A stretch of DNA of 32,000 bases from Stygiobacter electus (GTDB lineage Bacteria > Bacteroidota > Ignavibacteria > Ignavibacteriales > Melioribacteraceae). The position numbers and the translations under genes were made by a program. This document shows, one piece after another, positions 26,404-32,000 of the stretch. The stretch covers positions 53,366-85,365 of the forward strand of contig NZ_JARGDL010000005.1 of the NCBI RefSeq assembly GCF_029210465.1. Reading direction: 5' to 3'. Position 1 is the first letter of the stretch, and each line of letters begins with the position of its first letter. Below the pieces are notes generated by a model, which was not told the DNA's origin, made no database searches, and was given only the letters and a program-made list of their open reading frames with translations.

Positions 26404-26618
26404 TTGAATGAATCCCAAAATTTATTGCAATAATAAAACAAAAATATAAAATGATTGGCAATTTTATTAATTATCAAATTAATAAGATGTCATTATTAGT
26501 TTAATAAATTTAAACGTTGAGGATTTAAAAATTATTACAATATTAAATAAAAATTTTAATTCTTAAACATAAAATTTCTGGTATTAATTTTGGCTACTGA
26601 ATACAAAACGGGAATAAT

Positions 26619-28958
26619 ATGAAATTCAAACTTTTTACGCTGTTATTTTTATTAATTTCAATTAAACTAATTTCTCAAACAGCGACTCTTCAAACTTCAT
26701 TTAACTTTGTTGATATAAATGGAATTAAAGTACCCATGCAAAATGGAATGCCTTTACCATCATTTGAAAAACAAAATAGCAGAACAATTATTGATTTATC
26801 AGGTGAATGGAAAAAATTTAGATTTGTCTCTGATGATAATCTTACGCTTTCAAACCGAGATGCTAATGTAATTACGGCAATTGAAAATGAATCTGTTGGA
26901 AAGCATCTCCCAAATTATGATGATTCAAATTGGCAAAAGAAAAATTTACCAGCAGTTGAAAACGAAATGAATGCACCAAATGATAACTTTCCAGAATTTT
27001 ATAACGATGGTGTTTGGTATCGTAAAACCTTTAATGTTGATGCTGGTTACTCAAACAAATTTGTTAAACTAATGTTCTATGCTGTTAACTATGTTTGTGA
27101 TGTTTGGATAAATGGAAAATATGTTGGCTATCATGAAGGTGGTTATACACCATTCGCATTTGATGTTTCACAATTTTTAAATTATGGCTCAACAAATACA
27201 ATTGCAATTCGTGTTGATAATATTGCCTGGGGATTAAGGAAAGATATAATTCCTTTTAATAATGTAGATTGGTTCAACTATGCTGGTATTATTCACGATA
27301 TTTATCTTGAAGTTTCCGATAAAACATCTTTAACGAGAGCTAATATCATTCCTAAAGATATTAATGGAAATATCTCTACAACTTTAATTATTAATAATGC
27401 CGATATTGCTAAAAATGTATTTGTGAAAATCAATATTTACGAGGCTTCAATCAATAACAACAATATTAAATCTGAATACGCAAAAGATTTAATTGGAAAA
27501 GAAATTTTGTTCAATGGGACTTCAGAAAAATCAATTCAATTAAATGAAAAAAGTGTTTATACAATTCAGTTTAATAATCAAATCCCAAATCCAAAATTGT
27601 GGACGATGAAAAATCCAAATCTTTATGTAATGAAAGTAACAATTCAAAAAAGTCAAAGTGACCCGACAATAATTGATGAATACTATACACAATTTGGAAT
27701 TAGAACCGTTACAACATCAAAAGGAAAATTTTTACTTAATAATAAAATTATGTTTTTACCTGGAGTTGCTCGGCATGAAGATCATCCAACTTTTGGAAGA
27801 AGTGTTCCGAAAGATGTTATTTATTCAGATTTGCAAGAAGTAAAAAATTTGAATGCACTTTATATAAGAACAGCTCACTATCCAAATCATCTTTATACTT
27901 ATTTAATTGCAGATAGATTAGGATTTGGAATAATGGAAGAAATTCCTGCCTGGCAATGGGATAGTAAAGAAGTTTATGATATTCAAAATGCACGCAAACT
28001 TTACATTCAAATGTTTCGCGAAATGGTATTTAAAGATTTTAATCGTCCATCAATTTTTATGTGGAGTACATCAAACGAAAGTCATTGGAATGGAGTAGAA
28101 CGATTAACTTTTAACAATAACATTAAATCAGATTACCGAACAAACTATGATGATGGAAGATTGCTAACACAATCAGCCGCAGCAGATAATCCAGGTTCAT
28201 CTGACCAATCACAAAATTTATTAGATGTTGCTGGTTGGACAATTTACTTTGGTATATTTTATGGCAAAACTGGTCAATATACTGGTCCAACATATTCATT
28301 TGTTAATTCAGCTCAAACAAATTTTCCTGATAAACCAATTATCGATACAGAATTTGGTTATTGGTCATCTGAAAGTGGATCAACGACAAGTGAACAAGTA
28401 AAAGTCTTTAATGAAACATTTAACGCTTTTAAATTCTTTTTTCCATACGATGCTTTTGGAAATGAAAACGAAAATGGACACTTAATGGGAACAACATGGT
28501 GGTGCATTTATGATTGGTTCCAAAACAAACAAAAAAAGAATGGATGGCAAACAATGGGTTTATTTAGAATGGATAGAATAACAGAAAAACCTGTTGCCGG
28601 AACATTAAGGACTGCTTATTTACCGTATGCAAGTAAAGAAGGAATTCCAGTCAGTGTTGAAAAAAATGTTGATGCTATACCATCAGAATTTGTTTTATAT
28701 CAGAACTACCCAAATCCATTCAATCCAACAACAATAATAAAATATTCGATACCAACGGGTGTAGAGACGTCATATATGACGTCTCTACGGATATATGATA
28801 TCCTTGGAAAAGAAGTTGCAACTCTTGTAAATGAACGCCAACCAGCGGGAAATTATGAAGTAAAATTTGATGGAAGCAATTTATCAAGTGGAGTTTACTT
28901 CTATAAATTGCAAAGCGGTAGTTTTGTTCAAACAAAGAAATTCATTTTGATGAAATAG
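26619..28958 (+). CDS. Glycoside hydrolase family 2 enzyme with a type-A T9SS C-terminal sorting domain
   Basis: It has a GH2 sugar-binding block (WYRKTFNV..., VNGKYVGYHEGGYTPFAFDVS, IAIRVDN) and TIM-barrel blocks (RTAHYPNH, WSTSNESH). The tail reads YQNYPNPFNPTTIIKYSIPTGVETSYMTSLRIYDILGKEVATLVN...GVYFYKLQSGSFVQTKKFILMK. Confidence 0.85.
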   Translation: MKFKLFTLLFLLISIKLISQTATLQTSFNFVDINGIKVPMQNGMPLPSFEKQNSRTIIDLSGEWKKFRFVSDDNLTLSNRDANVITAIENESVGKHLPNYDDSNWQKKNLPAVENEMNAPNDNFPEFYNDGVWYRKTFNVDAGYSNKFVKLMFYAVNYVCDVWINGKYVGYHEGGYTPFAFDVSQFLNYGSTNTIAIRVDNIAWGLRKDIIPFNNVDWFNYAGIIHDIYLEVSDKTSLTRANIIPKDINGNISTTLIINNADIAKNVFVKINIYEASINNNNIKSEYAKDLIGKEILFNGTSEKSIQLNEKSVYTIQFNNQIPNPKLWTMKNPNLYVMKVTIQKSQSDPTIIDEYYTQFGIRTVTTSKGKFLLNNKIMFLPGVARHEDHPTFGRSVPKDVIYSDLQEVKNLNALYIRTAHYPNHLYTYLIADRLGFGIMEEIPAWQWDSKEVYDIQNARKLYIQMFREMVFKDFNRPSIFMWSTSNESHWNGVERLTFNNNIKSDYRTNYDDGRLLTQSAAADNPGSSDQSQNLLDVAGWTIYFGIFYGKTGQYTGPTYSFVNSAQTNFPDKPIIDTEFGYWSSESGSTTSEQVKVFNETFNAFKFFFPYDAFGNENENGHLMGTTWWCIYDWFQNKQKKNGWQTMGLFRMDRITEKPVAGTLRTAYLPYASKEGIPVSVEKNVDAIPSEFVLYQNYPNPFNPTTIIKYSIPTGVETSYMTSLRIYDILGKEVATLVNERQPAGNYEVKFDGSNLSSGVYFYKLQSGSFVQTKKFILMK
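28761..28788. repeat. Perfect 28-bp GTAG...CTAC palindrome inside the GH2 T9SS domain
   Basis: gtagagacgtcatatatgacgtctctac equals its own reverse complement. It encodes VETSYMTSL between SIPTG and RIYD. The antisense tracked ORF 28720..28935 carries the same peptide. Confidence 0.95.
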
Positions 28959-28974
28959 TATCCTATGACCAGAG

Positions 28975-29010
28975 GAAGGCAGAATCAATTTGGTTCTGCC
29001 TTCTGTTTTT
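28975..29010 (+). terminator. Intrinsic terminator of the GH2 gene
   Basis: gaaggcagaa (28975-28984) and ttctgccttc (28994-29003) form a 10-bp stem with a 9-nt loop, followed by tgttttt. Confidence 0.85.
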
Positions 29011-29020
29011 AAGGATGTAA

Positions 29021-29361
29021 GTATAACAAGCCAATCAGGCTGACGCCGTTTTTCCAGAATGGCAATGTTTTGGTTTTATATTTAGTTGTAAAACTAAGTT
29101 GCTCTTTAAATTTGTTAATATTATAAAAACATTTTATAAATAATAAGTTGTTGAGACTTCTAAAAAATTCAAAAAATCATTCCTGTGGAAACAGAAATCC
29201 AGTAAATACTAATTAGATTTCCCCTTTCGCGAGAATGACAGTCAATAAGAAATCTACTTTTCAGAAGTCTCTTGTTGGTATTGTTTGGCATTCTTGATCC
29301 TGCCTTCGTTAAAACTTTGGCAGGCAAGCTGGGGCGCCTTTAATCGGCAACGTTGTTATAC
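29021..29361. repeat. 341-bp non-coding element with perfect 9-bp terminal inverted repeats and nested internal hairpins (MITE-like, or an oversized attC-like structure)
   Basis: gtataacaa (29021-29029) pairs with ttgttatac (29353-29361). The inner inverted repeat is gagacttctaaaa / ttttcagaagtctc. It also contains GC-rich hairpins ttcctgt-ggaa-acagaaa and cctgcc...ggcagg. There is no ORF. Confidence 0.6.
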
Positions 29362-29439
29362 AAATTTATTGCAGTTATTCATTGAAAAATAAGGATCGGA
29401 TATGTATCTTTATTGTAGAAACAATAAATAAGTTTAGTT

Positions 29440-29682
29440 ATGCGTATCAAAATTCAAAAGTGGGGCAATAGTTTGGCTTTAAGAATTCTAAAAGCTTTTG
29501 CTTTTCAATCTAAAATTCGAGAAGATGAATATGTTAATCTAACTTTAGAAGAAAATAAAATTGTTATTGAACCAGTTGAAGAAAAAAAATATTCATTGAA
29601 AAAATTAGTTTCTGGAATAAACAAATCAAACCTTCATCGTGAGATTGACTTTGGCAACCAAGTTGGGAATGAACATTGGTAA
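29440..29682 (+). CDS. mazE: AbrB/MazE-family antitoxin
   Basis: The 80-aa MRIKIQKWGNSLALRILKAFA... carries the SpoVT/AbrB swapped-hairpin motif. It overlaps the start of the mazF-like stub. Confidence 0.8.
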   Translation: MRIKIQKWGNSLALRILKAFAFQSKIREDEYVNLTLEENKIVIEPVEEKKYSLKKLVSGINKSNLHREIDFGNQVGNEHW

Positions 29683-29876
29683 AATTAAAAGTTCCTGATA
29701 GAGGAGATATAGTTTGGCTAAGTTTTTCTTCTAAAAGTTGTCATGAGCAATGGGGAGAAGTTTTTAATGATGACATTGTTGCTGCTGCGGTACTCGATAG
29801 ATTACTGCATCATTGTTATCCATTTTTAATAAACGGAATGAGCTTTCGCTTGAAGAATATTACTAAATCTAATTAA
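29676..29876 (+). pseudogene. Chimeric ORF: mazF/pemK 5' stub (25 codons) fused in frame to the last ~41 codons of an IS21 istB
   Basis: (M)VKLKVPDRGDIVWLSFSSKSCHEQ is the MazF N-terminus. WGEVFNDDIVAAAVLDRLLHHCYPFLINGMSFRLKN is the conserved IstB C-terminus. The junction is at about 29751. Confidence 0.75.
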
Positions 29877-29930
29877 CTTACGGTGGTCAATTTTCACCGT
29901 AAAAACTGGTCAGTTTTTAAGCGGAATCAA
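29751..29930 (+). mobile_element. IS21-family right-end remnant (istB 3' fragment plus terminal repeats)
   Basis: After the istB stop there are two direct copies of tggtcaRtttt (29884-29894 and 29907-29917) and the hairpin acggtg/caccgt. This fits the multi-repeat IstA-binding ends of IS21-family elements. The exact terminus is uncertain. Confidence 0.55.
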
Positions 29931-29996
29931 CAACTTTATAAATGGAATATAAATGAATATATATCTACTATTCCCACAAACATAAGGAGTAGTAAT

Positions 29997-30611
29997 ATGA
30001 AAAAGTCATGTTTTGCAGTTCTGTTTTTTATGTTCTTTGGCAACGTGAGTTGTCAATTTGTTAACTCTGTTAACTTAAATGCCGGACTTATTATGCCCAC
30101 AACTGGTCAGACCGGAACTTTAATCGGCCTTGAAGTTACACACAAAATTAATAATACTTGGAGCCTTTATCTTTCATCTGGTATTTTAAACTGGAACCGA
30201 AATAAAGTCTTGTTAAGCTGGGACTATTCAGACTTGTCAAGTTATAACGAAGACAATCACCAAATGTATCCTATCTACATTGGGACAAGAATGGTTATTA
30301 GTACTATAAAGACATTTCAGATCTATGCGAATTTAGAATTAGGGTATAATTATTTGAAATACAATTCTTATCAAAATTTTATCATAACAGACGAATCAAC
30401 TAAAAAAATTTTAGCATTCTATGTTAATCAAGCCTCAAGAAGAGAAACGAGTGAAAATTTAATAGGTGTAGGTTTTGGTTTAGGTTTTGTCCAAAATATT
30501 AGTAATAGTTTTTCTTTCTTAGTTGAATATAAACGAAACACTATTGGAAATAATTTAGATAATCTCCGAAATCATTTTATTCTGAAATCTGGATTGATAT
30601 TTAATATGTAA
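29997..30611 (+). CDS. Secreted beta-barrel outer-membrane protein candidate
   Basis: The tracked ORF 29883..30611 begins inside the IS21 remnant. The ATG at 29997 is preceded by aaggag and gives the signal peptide MKKSCFAVLFFMFFGNVSCQ. The body has an alternating strand pattern. Confidence 0.55.
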   Translation: MKKSCFAVLFFMFFGNVSCQFVNSVNLNAGLIMPTTGQTGTLIGLEVTHKINNTWSLYLSSGILNWNRNKVLLSWDYSDLSSYNEDNHQMYPIYIGTRMVISTIKTFQIYANLELGYNYLKYNSYQNFIITDESTKKILAFYVNQASRRETSENLIGVGFGLGFVQNISNSFSFLVEYKRNTIGNNLDNLRNHFILKSGLIFNM

Positions 30612-30713
30612 TGCCTAACTCACATTTCAAGCAGAACTCTGTAGTTGGTCGCAATATTTGTAGTTCTGTTTTTGTGTAAGTGAATAATATGAATAATAAG
30701 TTAAGTTATCTGC

Positions 30714-30738
30714 AGCGGACACTTTCAAGGTGTCCGCT
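30714..30738. repeat. GC-rich 9-bp-stem hairpin (agcggacac tttcaag gtgtccgct)
   Basis: The stem is perfect, no T-run follows on either strand, and it is GC-rich against an AT-rich background. Confidence 0.7.
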
Positions 30739-31053
30739 TAAACAAAGCTTCGTTATAGTTTAATAATTAAACTTAAAAATTAAATTGATGATACGTTCCA
30801 TATTGCAAAATTATTTACGTATTATTAAAAAGGAATTAATTGAATATCAAACCAACATTCAAATTCAGTAATAAAGCAATTAATCGTGCTAAAAGGAATA
30901 AACAGAGTCTTAGAATTATGGTTGAAAAATATTTCAATTTAATATCTGATAAAAAAGCGTAATTGAAATATCTCCAAATGTTTTTGTTATTGATTTTGTA
31001 ATTTTGCCTCAAAGTTGAATAAATATTAGCATTAAATAAAAAAGAGTTTAATA

Positions 31054-31836
31054 ATGAATTTAAAATTTTATCAGGTGGATGCATTTACGTCGAAAGTTTT
31101 TGGTGGAAATCCAGCTGCTATTGTCCCTCTTGAAAATTGGATTGGTGATGAATTGATGCAAAATATTGCAATGGAAAATAATTTATCTGAAACAGCATTT
31201 TTTGTAAAGGAAAATTCCCATTATCACATTCGTTGGTTTACTCCTGTTAACGAAGTTGATTTGTGTGGACATGCAACTTTAGCTTCTTCTTTTGTGATTT
31301 TTAATTTCATAGAAAAAAAATCTAATCAAATAAAATTTATTTCTAAAAGCGGTGAATTAATTGTAACAAAAGAAGATGATTTAATTTCGTTGAACTTTCC
31401 AAGTAATCCACCAAATAAAATTGTATCATCACAATTAATTGAAAATGCATTTCAACAAAAACCAATTGAAGTTTTGCAAGGTGGAAATTACATACTCATA
31501 ATTTTTGATAATGAAAATTTCATTCGTAATTACGAACCAAACATTGAATTAATTAAAAAAATCGATCCACATGGAGTAATAATTTCATCAAAAGGTAACG
31601 AAGCAGATTTTGTAAGTCGTATGTTTGCACCAAATGAAGGCATTGATGAAGATCCTGTAACCGGTTCTTCACACACGGTTTTAATTCCTTATTGGACAGA
31701 AAAATTAGGTAAGAAAATTTTTCGTGCATTACAGGTTTCCAAACGCGGTGGTGAATTGTTTTGTGAAAATCTTGGTAATCGGGTAAAAATTTCGGGCAAG
31801 GCAGTGCTTTATGCCACAGGAGATTTGTTTTTGTAA
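31054..31836 (+). CDS. PhzF-family isomerase
   Basis: It carries FYQVDAFTSKVFGGNPAAIV, ETAFF, WFTPVNEVDLCGHATLAS and DPVTGSSH. Confidence 0.88.
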   Translation: MNLKFYQVDAFTSKVFGGNPAAIVPLENWIGDELMQNIAMENNLSETAFFVKENSHYHIRWFTPVNEVDLCGHATLASSFVIFNFIEKKSNQIKFISKSGELIVTKEDDLISLNFPSNPPNKIVSSQLIENAFQQKPIEVLQGGNYILIIFDNENFIRNYEPNIELIKKIDPHGVIISSKGNEADFVSRMFAPNEGIDEDPVTGSSHTVLIPYWTEKLGKKIFRALQVSKRGGELFCENLGNRVKISGKAVLYATGDLFL

Positions 31837-31938
31837 CTAATTTTTAACTATTCATTTCTTTTTAAATTAAAATTTAATCTCTTTTTTCTATATTTTAACC
31901 TGAAAAAATAAGCATTTCTCTTAAGGACAAAATCAAAT

Positions 31939-32000
31939 ATGAAATTTTTTCGTGGTGTGTTTTTAATTTTAATCTTGGCTTTTCTCTTTTCGTGCGATGC
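31939..32000 (+). CDS. 5' end of a lipoprotein gene (runs off the window)
   Basis: The ATG at 31939 gives MKFFRGVFLILILAFLFSCDA, a lipobox signal peptide. Only 20 codons are visible. Confidence 0.4.
   Translation, partial: MKFFRGVFLILILAFLFSCD

Noticed and set aside
28720-28935. Tracked 71-aa minus-strand ORF containing VETSYMTSL
   Set aside because: It is an artefact of the perfect palindrome inside the GH2 tail: the same peptide appears on both strands. The rest of the ORF is antisense noise.
29883-29996. N-terminal 38 codons of the tracked 242-aa ORF
   Set aside because: This part is translated from the IS21 end remnant. The ATG at 29997, with an aaggag RBS and a signal peptide, is the real start.
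30836-31084. Tracked 82-aa minus-strand ORF
   Set aside because: It is low-complexity, overlaps the PhzF start and has no RBS or motif.

Overview
This is an AT-rich chromosomal segment that looks like an Ignavibacteria/Bacteroidota-type (FCB group) genome. That placement is inferred from the type-A T9SS C-terminal sorting domains and the gene content, not from any search. The core content is: a truncated mgtA; a housekeeping block of rnpB (RNase P RNA), recJ, yebC and ruvC; a umuD-umuC translesion operon; a pair of M16 peptidases; a secreted glycan-related block (GH16, CotH with T9SS tail, cupredoxin lipoprotein, GH2 with T9SS tail); a membrane-anchored protein/ECF sigma/anti-sigma operon; three dispersed NTF2/SnoaL-like proteins; and a PhzF-family isomerase. 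The accessory content is a BrnT/BrnA-like toxin-antitoxin pair, an intact mazE followed by a mazF 5' stub fused in frame to the 3' end of an IS21 istB, and an IS110-family element. The most unusual signal is not a gene cluster. It is a family of short GC-rich hairpin or palindromic elements scattered through intergenic DNA, which also sit in frame inside the same loop of three T9SS C-terminal domains. Two of these are a 28-bp GTAG...CTAC palindrome and one is a 180-bp composite of hairpins. Other structural oddities are a perfect 61-bp direct repeat bracketing umuDC next to the IS110, a 146-bp near-identical repeat joining the CotH tail to an orphan T9SS tail with a cupredoxin gene between them, and attC-like half-sites that bracket the small accessory modules. 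I saw no tRNA, rRNA or CRISPR array.
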